From Rhizophagus irregularis (lineage: Eukaryota): a stretch of 64,000 nt of DNA. The stretch is from the NCBI RefSeq assembly GCF_026210795.1, contig NC_089432.1, forward strand, positions 2,542,001-2,606,000. Direction: 5' to 3'. Positions 11,541-24,361 of this stretch are shown in pieces (within the stretch, counting starts at the first letter, position 1; each line of letters opens with the position of its first letter). The position numbers were made by a program, and so were the translations under genes. A model generated the notes under the pieces. It was not told where the DNA came from. It saw only the letters and a list, made by a program, of their open reading frames with translations, and ran no database searches.

Positions 11541-11834
11541 TATATATGTTATGCGTCAGATGGCGATTTGCGTCAGATGTAGCTGACGTGCGTCAAATAT
11601 ATTTTTAATCCCGGCCAAAATTATGACTCTAACGAAACTCTCGAAATCCCGGCCAAAATTGTCTGGCCGGCACTATGAATTTCGGCCCGTATTATGAATT
11701 TTATATAACACAAAAAATTCCACTTACCTTGTGGCTAAACTTTTATCCGAAGTCCCGTGATTTATAATTCTGGCTGGCACTGTAGATTTGGCCAGAATTA
11801 CTGTACATCTGACACAAATCGGCATACATATATA
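11541..11834. mobile_element. Degenerate MITE-like element
   Basis: Inverted repeat CGATTTGCGTCAGATGTA (11564-11581) / TACATCTGACACAAATCG (11804-11821); internal repeated CCGGCCAAAATT; TA-rich flanks. Confidence 0.55.
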
Positions 11835-12130
11835 TTCATCCATCAATACTTTTGAGTCAATGTAGAGAACCATACTAAGTAATTTTCATATGCTTAATCT
11901 ATTCTTCTTGATAATTCAAAGTCCGCCAACTTTGATAGTATAATGATGAATTAATTAATACATTACAAGAATGTTGTTACGACATAAAACAAATAAATTA
12001 TACTGTATTTATTAAAATATATATGTTAATTAATATAATTTCAAAAAAGAATTACCAAGTCTCCTTGAACAATTAATTTCTTGACATAATACAGAACAAA
12101 CTAATTGGTATCATGCCAGAATATATTTAA
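11835..12130 (-). pseudogene. Relic of kinase exons of the kinase-Sel1 family
   Basis: Frameshifted HSCNVL..TIK.LADFELSRRI..SMVLYIDSK, matching exon 4 of neighbouring genes. Confidence 0.65.
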
Positions 12131-13155
12131 CTTAAAGAAGAAATAATGTTTTGTTGGTTTTTGCACGTAATAAATAAAAAATTGAATAAATTTAAATAAG
12201 TCTTTTTTATTGACTAATCACAAAAAATTGATTTTCGAAGATGGTCTTTAAACTTAAATGCAAAGAGTCATTACCTTTATTTATATGTAATAAAGAAATT
12301 ATAATTTTTACAAATTAACAATCTCAAGATCCAATTTGTTACTCCAAAGCCACTTTTTGCTATTATATTTAATTAATATTGTACGTTCGTAATTTAGCTT
12401 AAACTTCAACGAGGTGGAAATTATTATTTGCCTTATGGAATTAAACTGAGTCGGGTATTGATAGAGTGTTCGGTAAAAGTGGTCATGTAACTTTAAATGC
12501 GATTTTCTCAAAATCGCGTAATTGTCCTTTGCTATGGTGGACCCCATATAATGTTTTTTATCGATAGCTTTTTCGATCATTTTTCCTTATTTTTGGGGTT
12601 CTTGCATTTTGTTATCCTTAGATACAGTGGAGCAAGTAATAAAATCGTTTACGGTAGGAGAGCACAATTTATGGATTTGCGAAACCTGTTGATCTTCGGT
12701 AGTATAATATGTACGGCTTGATTAAATAAGCTAACTTTAATCTTCGTCGATCCTAATTTACGATCAAAGTTGTAAATTTTGGAGGTTACGAAAAATCGTG
12801 CCACGCCCTCCGCTTTTGGAATTTTTTTTTTATTAATCGGAATTCCAAAAGAAACGTGGAATTAATTTGCCAGAATTAATTTGCATTTAAATTATTAACC
12901 GTGACGCAACTGACGCATGTAATGTCTGGAAGTATCTAATTAAATAAAATTAAGTTAATAAAGTTAATGCTTAAAGCTTATTGTTAATAAAGCTTATTGT
13001 TTTAGCAAAATGGTTAATTTAAATTAATTTTATTGATGGATTTTCTTCTATACAATAATATAATACCTATACAATAATATAATACTATTTAATAATTTAA
13101 TATGTATAATATATATTTCATATATCTGATATTTCATTTATTTCTATTTAAACTT

Positions 13156-15519
13156 TTAAACTATTCTGCATAAACATTTTCCCTCCCTCTTCTTAAGTTT
13201 TTCAAGTTTTTTTAATTTATCTTGTGCATCTTTGTATTTTTGATCAGCAGATTGTTTATACCAATAAATCGCTTCATCTATGTTTTTATTGACTCCTTTC
13301 CCATTTTTATACATATATGCAAGATAATATTGAGCTACAGCATCTCCTGATCTTGCAGCTTTTTGATACATTTTAACAGCTCTTTGATATAACTCATTCG
13401 CTTTTTGTTTATCAATTTTAGTTCCAATTCCATTATCATAACAACGTCCTAACATCATTATTCCATGTGAATATTTTCCTTCTGCTGATTTTTTAAACAA
13501 TTCAAAAGCTCTATCATAATCTTTATTAATGTCTTTACACATAAGTGCGAGATCATAAATAGCTACTATATTTCCATTATTTGCAGATTTTTCGTACCAG
13601 TGAAATGCTTTTTTTAAATCTTTTTTAGTTCCTAATCCTATTGCATAACAATAACCCACATCTAACTGACTTACAGCATAACCTCCTTTAGCTGCTTTTT
13701 TAAAATATCTGAAAGCTTCTTTGTCATCTTTCGCAACTCCATGCCGATATCCAAATTGATAAATAATCCCAACGTGATATTGTGCTAGCATATGATTCTC
13801 TTCAATTCCGATAAATAAACTAAATGCTTTTTTCAAATTTTGTTTCGTCTCGATTCCTAAATAATAAAAATATCCAAGTAAAAATATAAAATCTGAATCA
13901 TTTTGATTATTTAATATCCAATTATAAACATCTTTTGAATCTACATTAAGATTTTTAAGGTAATTAAGAATATTCTGCCTTATTACTTTTCCTTCTTTAT
14001 TTTCATTCAATTCATTAGAAATAAGATCAATTATTTCATTAACTATCATATTGAAATCTTTCTTGGGTGATTTCATAGGGTTTACTTTATTTGTATTATA
14101 TATATCAATACTATCTAAATTTTGAAGCATTTGAATCATTTGAGACCATCCTTTATTTGATGAATTTTCATCACTAGTAGTATTTAAAGGTTGTATCCGT
14201 TTTACCTTAGTATTATCATTTTGTTGATGATGATTTGTTTGTATATTTGAATTTGAAATAAATGTTTTTAATCTTTCAACAACTTCATGCATAGATGGTC
14301 GATTGTCTGGTTCGCCGTTCCAACATTCTAAAAAGTAAAAAATACAATTAGTTAAGTAAACATTAATGTATATTTAATCCAATAAATTATATTTACCAGT
14401 ATAAAGATTAACATAATCATCAGGAGTATTAGGAATGACTTTCTCTCTCTGGCCCTGTGAAATTTCATACATTAATCTAAGGTCATTTTTCTTTTCATAA
14501 AATGGTGGGACTCCACTTGATATTTCCCATAACAATACACCAATACTACTGTATATACATCACTCTTCTCATTTAATTCTATTACATTATTGCTATTCAA
14601 TAATCGTTTTGGATCAATATAAGGAACCATACCAAGTAATTTTGATCGTGATTTAGATGTTTCTTCAATCCTTTTTGATAAACCAAAATCCGCCAACTTG
14701 ATAGTATTTTGATGAATCAAAATATTACAGGAATGCTATTATAATTTAACACAATATAATTAATAATTAAGCTAAGCAAATAACACATAGTATATAATGT
14801 TTGCTTTAAATTACCAGGTCACGATGTATAATTCCTTCAACATGCAAACACAACACGGCACAAGCTAACTGGTATGCCAAGTTAAATTTATCATCCCAAG
14901 TAAGACAGGTGAAATTTTTCTTCAAGTAATTTCGAAGGGCACCACCATCAGCGTACTCCATTACTAACAAATAATTTTTTGTTTGATCAATTTTATTTTC
15001 TAATAAATTAAAAAAAAAAATGTTTTAGTTTTTTATTATTTTAGTTTATCGCATTATCTGTTATAGATATCAGATATATATTTCCATCGTTATTAGATAT
15101 TATACCTGATTCAAACTTTGTTATTCCGTGAACGCGAATAACATTAGAATGAAAATCCACTTTTCGTTGATGTTTAAGCTGTATTAAAATTAAAATAAAT
15201 CATAAGAACCATATAACCAATTTTTTTTTTGCCTCCATCACGTGAATATTTATTGACAATTACCTCATGAACAATTTCTTTTGCAGTTACATTATTAATA
15301 TTGAAAAATGATTTTAATGCTAAATAATTTTCCGAGTTTTTCCAATTTGCACGAAATACTTTTCCAAATGCGCCAAAACCAATTTCTTCGACGTTACTAA
15401 AATGCTTATATTCGTAATAATTTAAATATTCTTTATCGATAGCTTCTTCGATCCACTTAATACATTCATCGGAATTTTCTGTATATTGATTATATTCTAC
15501 TTCTTTATTTATTAGACAT
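13156..15519 (-). pseudogene. Kinase-Sel1 gene K1 (5 exons), frameshifted
   Basis: GFGAFGKV, ALK, HRDL, HSCN, DFG; last exon has Sel1 repeats. The ATG at 15519 is followed by a +1 frameshift (ATG TCT AAT AAA TAA); 5-bp insertion at ~14549 in the SDVYSIG motif. Confidence 0.8.
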
Positions 15520-16851
15520 GGTGGAGCATTAGTTGACGGCAAAAAAAAAAATAATAATAATCCTATTCACTCCGCTTACCTATTCACATGAGCTAACTTT
15601 AATTTACATAGAAAGATCTGCACCTTTTATTTTTCTCAAAGTGAACAAAGTTTATAGTACAATTATTACAACACGGAAAGATCCGCACTTTTCTGCGGTT
15701 ATGATTATGTCATTATGTCAATACTGCAATAGCAGCCTTTCTACTTTATCACATGAATTTTGCCGATCATTTGTCGATCATTTTCAAATTTATTTATTAC
15801 ATCATTACCGATACGGTATAGCACATCCCAAAATCCAGCAAATAAATTTATTTTATTTGTATTAATTTTTATTGTTCGAATTGAATTATTATCAGCTAAT
15901 TTTATAAATATTACCTTTTAATTTATATAATTTACGCGTTTCTTTAATATAAATATAAATGACTATAGATTTAAAAAAATTAACATAATATCTATTATAT
16001 TTCAAACTTTCCAAATTAATAATATTAACTCTTCTTTAAAATTTATTAAAATTAATAAAATTGAAAATGTAATAAAGGGCTTTAATATGTACCATCTACA
16101 CAAAATAATTTGTTACAGATGCAAGCTATATCAATATGAATAATTTTGTATTCATTGAAAAGAAGAGAGTGAGATCTATCTAATGAACTAAAAATCGCAT
16201 GAATTGAGTTATTGCTTGATGAATAAGTGCATTCAAAACATTCATTTTCAATTTTTGAATTTGATCATTAATATTTCAGTGTATTTCACCTTTTAAAATA
16301 ATGCAAAAATTATTTGTTTAGAATATATACATACAGAGAAAATAATGCCACATCACTAATATTAAAAAACTATCATAAAATTTCTTAATTACCAACAAAG
16401 CTTTTCATAAAATCTAGTTAAAAAAGTTTTATGACACTTTTGTTAAAAATTATCATGCTCTTCCACTTAAAATATAAATGAATGAATTAGACAAAATCTT
16501 ATGGTACGGCATTATTAAATCGTTAAAAATAGATAATTTTTAATAAAAATTCTTAAACTTTGATAAAAATAAGTAAATTTTCCTCCAAATATTCAAAAAA
16601 TTCATCCCAAACAGCTAGAAGTACAAACAATTTTTTTATTTCAACTCAAAAAAATTAATTGTTAAAAACCTTTAAAAATAATGCTTATTGCCCATTACGG
16701 GAGTATATTAATATAACATGACACACTCTTAGCGTTTCCCATTTTTGGGTACAGTTTTTCAGAATAAATATATGGAGTTGTATTAATTAAGGGTAGATAG
16801 AGTTTGGTTTTGGTACGAAATCTCGAAAATCATTTGAGCGACTGATACAAG

Positions 16852-17099
16852 GGTTACGGTACATTTCGCTATACAAGACCGACAACAAAATCTCGACAAT
16901 CCAATATCTGGACAAGTCAAAATCCTGACAAAATTATAACACATTTAAACTAAATATTACATATTGCAAAAACTGTTTTATTAGAAACACACATCACAAA
17001 ATTGTCGATATAATGACTTGTCGGGATTTTGGATTGCCGAGATTTTGTTGTCGATCTTGTGTTAGTCGTGCAAGTGACTGTCGAGATTTTGATCATACC
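16852..17099. mobile_element. MITE-like element with ~47-bp inverted repeats
   Basis: ACAAGACCGACAACAAAATCTCGACAATCC... (16873-16919) pairs with 17014-17060; no clean TSD. Confidence 0.65.
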
Positions 17100-17649
17100 A
17101 TAGAGTATTACTATTAATTGGTCGTCATATATTCGAAATGTCCAAAACATAATCAAATTTTCAGCAAAATATGAACTCCTGTAATAAAACTTATATGGTT
17201 AGAAGCCACGGTACTGTACTTTTATTTTTTAACCTAAAATATTTCTTTATTTAAAAAAATTACTGAGAAATCTTGAAGCTTAAAAAAGCTGGCGAATGTC
17301 ATTTGTTTTTGGCCGTTTATATTATCGGCTAATTTCCCGGTAAATTATTTTGCCGATATAATTGTTTTGCCGATCATATACTGGACAATTTTTTATTAGG
17401 AATGCCACGTGCCGTCTATCTTTATAGAGTTACCGGGTGAAACATTACATGGGATATGATATAAATTATTAAATTGATTAAAAATAATGTTACACGACGC
17501 ATGATTCCGAAAAATTCCGTTTATTTATTACACAAGTGAAATGGAAGAAAATTCTCACGTTTAAAATTTCAATAAAAAAAAAAATAAAAAATAAAAAAAA
17601 AAATTTTTTTTTTAAAAAATAAATAAATAATAAAGAAAAAAAAAATAGA

Positions 17650-19101
17650 ATGGCTTGTCATCTTCCAGCTGACTGTTTGGATGAAATATTTGAATATTTG
17701 GAGGAAGATAAACTCACTTTACATTCATGTTTGTTGGTTAATCATCTCTGGTGTGAAATTTCCGTTAGAATATTGTGGAGGAATATTTGGAATTTTAAAA
17801 GGTTAAGTAGAAAACGTTCATTGAGAGTATCATCATCAATCCTTAGTACATTAGTTGCTTGTCTTCCCAATGAATCAAGAGAAATCTTATATAAAAATGA
17901 AATTTTCCTTTCAACACCTACATCAAAACCACCACTATTTAATTACGCATCATTTTGCAAAGTACTTTCAATTTGTAGGATTAATATAATTGTTGAAGAC
18001 GTCCTTAAAAATGAACCATCAAGTGTAAATTGTTTAGTTACAAATGAAATTATTAAAATGTTTATGAATCAAATTTATGCTTTGAAAAAATTGAACTATT
18101 ACTGTAATCAATACACTATTAATTTAATTAATTTTTCTTTTACTTACTTTCCTGGAGCAAAAGATCTTTCAGAGTTATATTGCAGTTCAAATCTTCCTTC
18201 TAATTTTTTTCATCAATTGTCTCAAATATGTCATAATTTACAATCAATTTCTATAGATTTTCATTATGATGTTTCAAATGGGTTAAAAGAATTGATTTTT
18301 TTACAAAATAATTTAAAAGATTTGACATTATCAGCCTTTGATTATGTGAGTTGGGAAAATATTATACCTGCTATAACAAAACACTCTCAAACAATAACAA
18401 AATTACGACTTTATAGTGATAATGAATTACCATTTTCATTTGTTGGTTCATTCTCAAATTTACAAGAATTTATATTTTCATTTTCTGATGGATCAAGTTT
18501 TGAAGATTTTAAAGAGTTACAATATGTTAACTTTTCTAAATTACAAATTTTAAAAATTCCTCTTCAATGTCCACATCCTGATTATGTAAAGAAATTTTTA
18601 GAAATTAATGGAAAGAATCTGAAAAAGTTTTATACAGATGAGAATGATAAATCTTTAAATTTATCTATTGCTAAGTTTTGTCCAAATCTTACAAGTCTTT
18701 TTATAATATTCAATAAAGGTGAAAAGGATATATTGAAAACCATATTTAATAATTGTCAACACTTGGAGAGTATTAAAATTTGGGGTGGAAAAGAATATTT
18801 AACTGAAAAGGAAGTATTTGAAATTGTTGTAAATCACTCACCAAAAAGTTTTTGTGAATTAAAAATGTATAATAGTTCAGTTTCAGATGTTTTTCCAAAA
18901 GATTTGGAATCATTTTTTATAAACTGGAAAAAAAGAATACCAAAAAAATTACTTAATTTAATAATTATTAAGGAATTTCATTTTAATATGGAAAATATAA
19001 ATATAATTGAAAAATATGAAAATTTAGGTGTTGTTAAATTTGAGATTAAAGGGTATGAAGAGGAAGAAGATGATGAAGAAGAAGTCTATTCATTCTTATA
19101 A
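17650..19101 (+). CDS. F-box-like / RNI-like LRR protein (expanded Glomeromycota-type family)
   Basis: N-terminal LPADCLDEIFEYL...LHSCLLVNHLWCEISVRILW, PLFNYASF motif, leucine-rich repeats; intronless, 483 aa. Confidence 0.85.
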   Translation: MACHLPADCLDEIFEYLEEDKLTLHSCLLVNHLWCEISVRILWRNIWNFKRLSRKRSLRVSSSILSTLVACLPNESREILYKNEIFLSTPTSKPPLFNYASFCKVLSICRINIIVEDVLKNEPSSVNCLVTNEIIKMFMNQIYALKKLNYYCNQYTINLINFSFTYFPGAKDLSELYCSSNLPSNFFHQLSQICHNLQSISIDFHYDVSNGLKELIFLQNNLKDLTLSAFDYVSWENIIPAITKHSQTITKLRLYSDNELPFSFVGSFSNLQEFIFSFSDGSSFEDFKELQYVNFSKLQILKIPLQCPHPDYVKKFLEINGKNLKKFYTDENDKSLNLSIAKFCPNLTSLFIIFNKGEKDILKTIFNNCQHLESIKIWGGKEYLTEKEVFEIVVNHSPKSFCELKMYNSSVSDVFPKDLESFFINWKKRIPKKLLNLIIIKEFHFNMENINIIEKYENLGVVKFEIKGYEEEEDDEEEVYSFL

Positions 19102-19844
19102 TTATTAGCTTTTTATGATTTTATTAGTTTCTATTAAATCTAAAATTTAAATTTTTTAAACTAGCCGATGTGAGTGAATTCTACCCGAACCAATTTATTT
19201 ACTTTGTGCCGCCTTATATAATTAAATATTTAAATTTTTATTTTATTTTCATACGAAATATTTTTTTTTTAAATTAAATTAATTTTTGAGTTTCAAATTA
19301 GTTTTAAATTAGTTTTAGATCAGATTTAAATCTTTTAAATTAGTTTTGAACTAATTTCTATTAATTTGAGTTGCAAATATGTATTACGTTATTTATGTAG
19401 TAAAATGCCAAAATTGTCTTAAAGCTAAATTCACATTAAGTTGGTAGTACATTCAGTAATTATCTTGTGTTAAACCTAAATTCACGCACAATCAGTAATT
19501 TATCTTGTCTTGAGACATTGAATATGGTCTAATGGTTTAAACCGTGTTTAAATACCAAAATTATTTTAGACCAAATTTCTCCTACCAGCAGCATCTTCTG
19601 AACCAAATTAAAGGAATTGAAAACTTTTAAACTGACATTTAGTCAAATATGATCAACATATAACCGAAAAATTGTTTAACAGTAATTCACTTTTTTTTTA
19701 ACTCATTCTTGATAAATTCTTCTTTTTTTTTCGAAGTACATTATAAGCTACTGATTACTGATCAAGAATCTGATCAAGAGTCTATTTAATCTCTTACTAA
19801 AAAACACTTCTTTCTATAAATCGCTTTACAGAATTATCTCCCAA

Positions 19845-20138
19845 ATGATAGTGTCAATAAATTGTTTATGCCTAGGAAACACTTCTTTTATGAAACTTTT
19901 GTGGTTACCGTTGCTAATGTTAACGATATTAATGAACTTAAGTCAAAATTATTGATTTAACGATTTATCACCTCAAGTTTCTTGTCTATAAAGAGCTTTA
20001 TTATGATTATGATACTAAGTTTAATTGAAGTATATTAATCTTTGGAAGGTTAACATCGCTGAAAGTGAAGAGGACAGGCTTAAAGAACTTGATAAAGATA
20101 ATATTGTTGGTACCAAGTTGAGACCTGTCCTTAAATGA
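19845..20138 (+). pseudogene. Crinkler (CRN)-like N-terminal domain relic
   Basis: MIVSINCLCLGNTSF / YETFVVTV...INELKSK / YINLWKVNI...KLRPV across frameshifts and stops; LWKV motif. Confidence 0.55.
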
Positions 20139-21163
20139 TTATATTTCAGGTTCTATGCACGAACCACTTGCTCTCCCACTACGCGCTTACTTAATCATGT
20201 GACTATAATTAAAAAATAATGAATGTAGTGTAGGCAAAAATCATAAAGCTGGCCAAATTACATTCAAATGACCAAGGTCATTTGTCATTAGTCATTTGCC
20301 GAACACTGATATATTATATTTTATTCCAAATTGGTTTAATATTACAAAGATATTTTTATTCTGTGAAAGTAAAACTCATTACATACCTGTAATAAATAGT
20401 TTTTTTTCGTGATATTTATAGAAAAAATATATTAATCAGCAAAAGATTCTTGCTTTGTTTGTAGTTATTAATTTTGATCCTATAGTCCGTGAATGGCGTG
20501 ATCTATATAAATAATTCAATACCTTACTTTCTTCAGTAAACTGGTTAATAATTATTTAGATAAATTAAGTGCAGGAGAGATAAAATTCTTTAAAAATTCT
20601 TATTGGGCCGAGTTTCGATCAATTTATTATTTTTGTCCTTTAATATTGTGAACATATATTCTATTAAACTTATTGTATTGGAAAAAATAAAGGAAATTAT
20701 ATGATAAATGAACTTATATTTTTCTGATGTGATTACTGCGGATACTGAGTAGAAAATGTACGATTTATTTTAATCCACCTCAAAAATAATTTTAGATAAA
20801 TCAATTAAAGTTTTAAATAACTTTATTTAAAAACTTATTCGGATAAAAAAAAAGGTTAATAATAAATATAAAAACAAATCACTCTTAAAATATAAAGTTA
20901 ATAACAAATTTAAAATTATTTGTTTGTTTGCGATCGATTTTAAGTTTTCTTAATGGTTTTGCTTTCTAACGTTTGATTGTAATCAAAGTTGAGCGTCTCT
21001 TTTTCAATATTTTTTTCTTTTTTGCTTATTTTATTCTGTTATAAAAATTCCCACTAAGATATAATACTAAGGTAAATAAAAATGTGAACTAAGTTAAATA
21101 AAAATTTTTAAATATTATCTTTTTAAATAATATTCTGACTATTCCCGAAGAAACTATTATAAT

Positions 21164-23005
21164 TTAAATCTCATCATTCAAATTATCTTCTTCTTGATTA
21201 ATTTCATCGAGATCTATTATTAGTAATAATTAAATAAAATTAGACGAATTAAATGAGAAACTATTAATAAAATAATAAATAACTTCAAATAAATTATTTT
21301 ACCTGATTCGCTAAGTTGAACATCAAAGCATTCTGAAACTATAAAATAAACAATAAAATAATGTTAAAATAAAAATATGAAAAAAAAATTGTTAAAACCT
21401 GAATAAGATTTTTCATAATTAAAATTGAAGATTTACCTGAATTAACTTGGAAAGATGTTAAATCTGATGAATTTACAGGCTCTGGAAGATTTATAAAGTT
21501 TAAAAGTCTACTGGTATAGATTGCTTGAGGATGAGTTTTAATACTTTCAGACTTATTTTCATTTGATCTGTTTTTCAATGTTTTTTCTGTTATTTTTTCA
21601 TAATATTCATTCATTTGAGAATAAATTCATCATCATGATCATTAAATTCTGTTGCACACCATTTATTTAATGTTTGATACAATTCTTTAGCATATGGTCT
21701 ATTTTCTGCTTTAGCATCCCAACATTTCATAATTAAATCTACAAGAAATTTTGAAATATCTTCAGAAATTTTGGGTCTAAGCCCTTTACATATTTTAATA
21801 GCTAAAATATGATCATGAGGAACATCATTAAATGGAATTTCTTCAGAAAGGAACTCATTCATAATTATTCCAAATGAATAAATATCAGCTGCTTTTGTAT
21901 ATTGATATCCACGTAAAACCTCTGGTGCCATATAAGGCAATACTCTATAAACTCCTTTTTTATCTGATTTTTCTTCATTATTTGCTGGTTGACACATTCC
22001 TAAATCACTTATAAACATTTTCCCACCTTCCAATATATTACCCGAATGAAAGTCTTTGTGGACTTTTCCAGCATTATGGATATCTAACAGTCCATCTGCA
22101 ATTTTTGATAAATCATAAAGTTTCATATGATTATAAGAATTAAAATTGTAATTTCTTAAATTTCCATTTTCACAATAATATAAAACCATCATATAATTTT
22201 TGGTATTTGGATCTTGAGTTATTCCATAGCAGTTAACAACATGCAAAATATAAATCTGAAGATAAGATTTGATCTAATAATTAAAATTTTTTTTTAAAAA
22301 AAACAAAATTTAATAAAAATTATAATGTCGAATTAAATATAACATGGTAAATTAATTTTTTATTTAGTTACCTCATTTAAAAAATCTGTACTAATATCAG
22401 AAGAATTATCCAAGCTTTTTAACGCAACCGTCACGCCGCCTGTAAATCGGTGCCATTTTTGATTTTCAATATCCCAACGACCAATATTTCCTTCAGGCCA
22501 TACGGCTGAATAAATTTTACCAAAGCCTCCTCTGGTAATATAAGTGACATTTTGAAATTTTTCAAAAGGTATCCATTCAAGACATTTTGTATATTCTACT
22601 TCTACAGCATTAAGTTGTGAATGTTGTATTAATTAATCAATATCTTTATTTCCACTAGTCCAATTTTTAAAATTTTCTTCAAATCTTTTTGCATTACAAG
22701 GTTGACACCAATAATTTCCTGTGCCAGTATCGTTACATTCTCCACATATACCATATACTTCTTTTCTTTTTTCTATATCGTCCATATAAATTACTCTATC
22801 ATCAATCTCTTCTGATTTAGTGGCAGAATTAATAGAAGAAACATTAACATGAGACTAAATAAATGATTAAAATATATTTTATTTAGTATTTAAATGATAA
22901 TATTTAAATTATAAAGTGAAATTACATTTACTGATCTTTGTTCCAATCAGCATTTTTCCATAAATTTCTTGGCTTTTCTTTGGATGTTTTATTCAAAATT
23001 TCCAT
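21164..23005 (-). pseudogene. TKL-type protein kinase (non-Sel1 family with Cys-rich N-terminal segment), disrupted
   Basis: YGICGECN...WCQPCN...WTSGNKDID followed by in-frame TAA (~22634); VALK, HKDFHSGN, SDLG, LPYMAPE, DIYSFG; frameshift at ~21611 before the HPQAIYTSRLL tail. Confidence 0.85.
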
Positions 23006-23952
23006 ATTAGTATTTCTTGACTTTTTTTTGAATATCTTTTTTAACGATTCTATATATACAAATTTATTGAACGTAAAGTTATTTTATTTACGGAGCTCGG
23101 AGTTAAATGTATACAACAACATGTATCATGCACATCTGAGGCTACGATCCATACCAATCAGATTCAACAATTTTTTCAGCCAAAATATTGTATATTAACA
23201 ACGACTACATATATATAATGCAACTGGTATTATATTTTTAATTACATAAATTTTTTTTATTAATATTTCATATTAAAAAATTAATTTATAATCATAAATT
23301 TTGTGCTGTCAATACACTTTAGTTTAGTTGTAACATGTAATGGTTTATAACTATTTAAACTTTAAACGATTGTTTGTTATTAGCTCTACGCCCATTCAGG
23401 GCGGAATTACATAATGGCGCCCATTACAAAAAAGGAAGGAAATTCCTAATTTTGCTATTATAACATTTTTTTCAAATTTTTTTTTTTAAATTTAATCGTG
23501 ACGATAATATCTTGCAATGTGAAAAAAACTAACTATTAATAGTTAAAATGGGTATAATAGTTGAATACCTATTTTTATGGATTCTATAATAACAAGCGAA
23601 CGGATGTACATTTCAAAGGACGAATTCATATGTATAAAACAAATTTTTATGCACTATGCACTAACAATGCAGAAAAAATATTGTTTTTAAGAAATCATAA
23701 TTGAAAGATTTCAGTCGAAATAAAAAAACATGTATGCATTATGTCTATTTTTTACATTATAGAATAAGTGAACTATTTTTTTTTTCTTAATTAAGGATAT
23801 TTATAATCTTTTGGGAAGATAAATTAATGATCCTTGACAAATATAAAAGTAGCGACACTTTTGCTTCACTCCCTAACCGAAAAAAGATTATCTAATTTAA
23901 AACGATAATTTTTAACACAGACTTTTTTCAACAAAATTTTTCAAAAGTCAAA

Positions 23953-24361
23953 ATGGTCGCCTTGTTTTGTATGATCTTTATAGGATTAACTCAAACCTCT
24001 ATTGAATAAACGCCAAGGAGAAGTCGCTTACGCTGGCTTTAGTGACGGGTTACAGGATGATTTACCTATACTAATTTTGGAAGTACTTTCAAAATTTATG
24101 AAAAGATCAAATAAGCTTCGCGTTAATGAATTATTTGCCAGAAGTTTCGAAAAAGATGCGAATATCAACAAATATGAATTTATTATAGTAACCGAGGAAG
24201 GAAGGAAGATTGATATTACCAAAGACGTTAGAAAAAATATCAAAATTAACTCATCTGGTGGTACTCCACCTTTTCGAAAAGATTATGAAGGTGACATTTT
24301 TTCTGTTGATAAATTCGTTGGTGGTAAATTTATAGTTAAACATGATTGGCTAGTGCTTTAA
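23953..24361 (+). pseudogene. Probable decayed small secreted protein
   Basis: ATG 23953 gives hydrophobic MVALFCMIFIGLTQTS, then a frameshift into LNKRQ (Kex2-like KR) and the 24002-24361 ORF. Confidence 0.4.
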
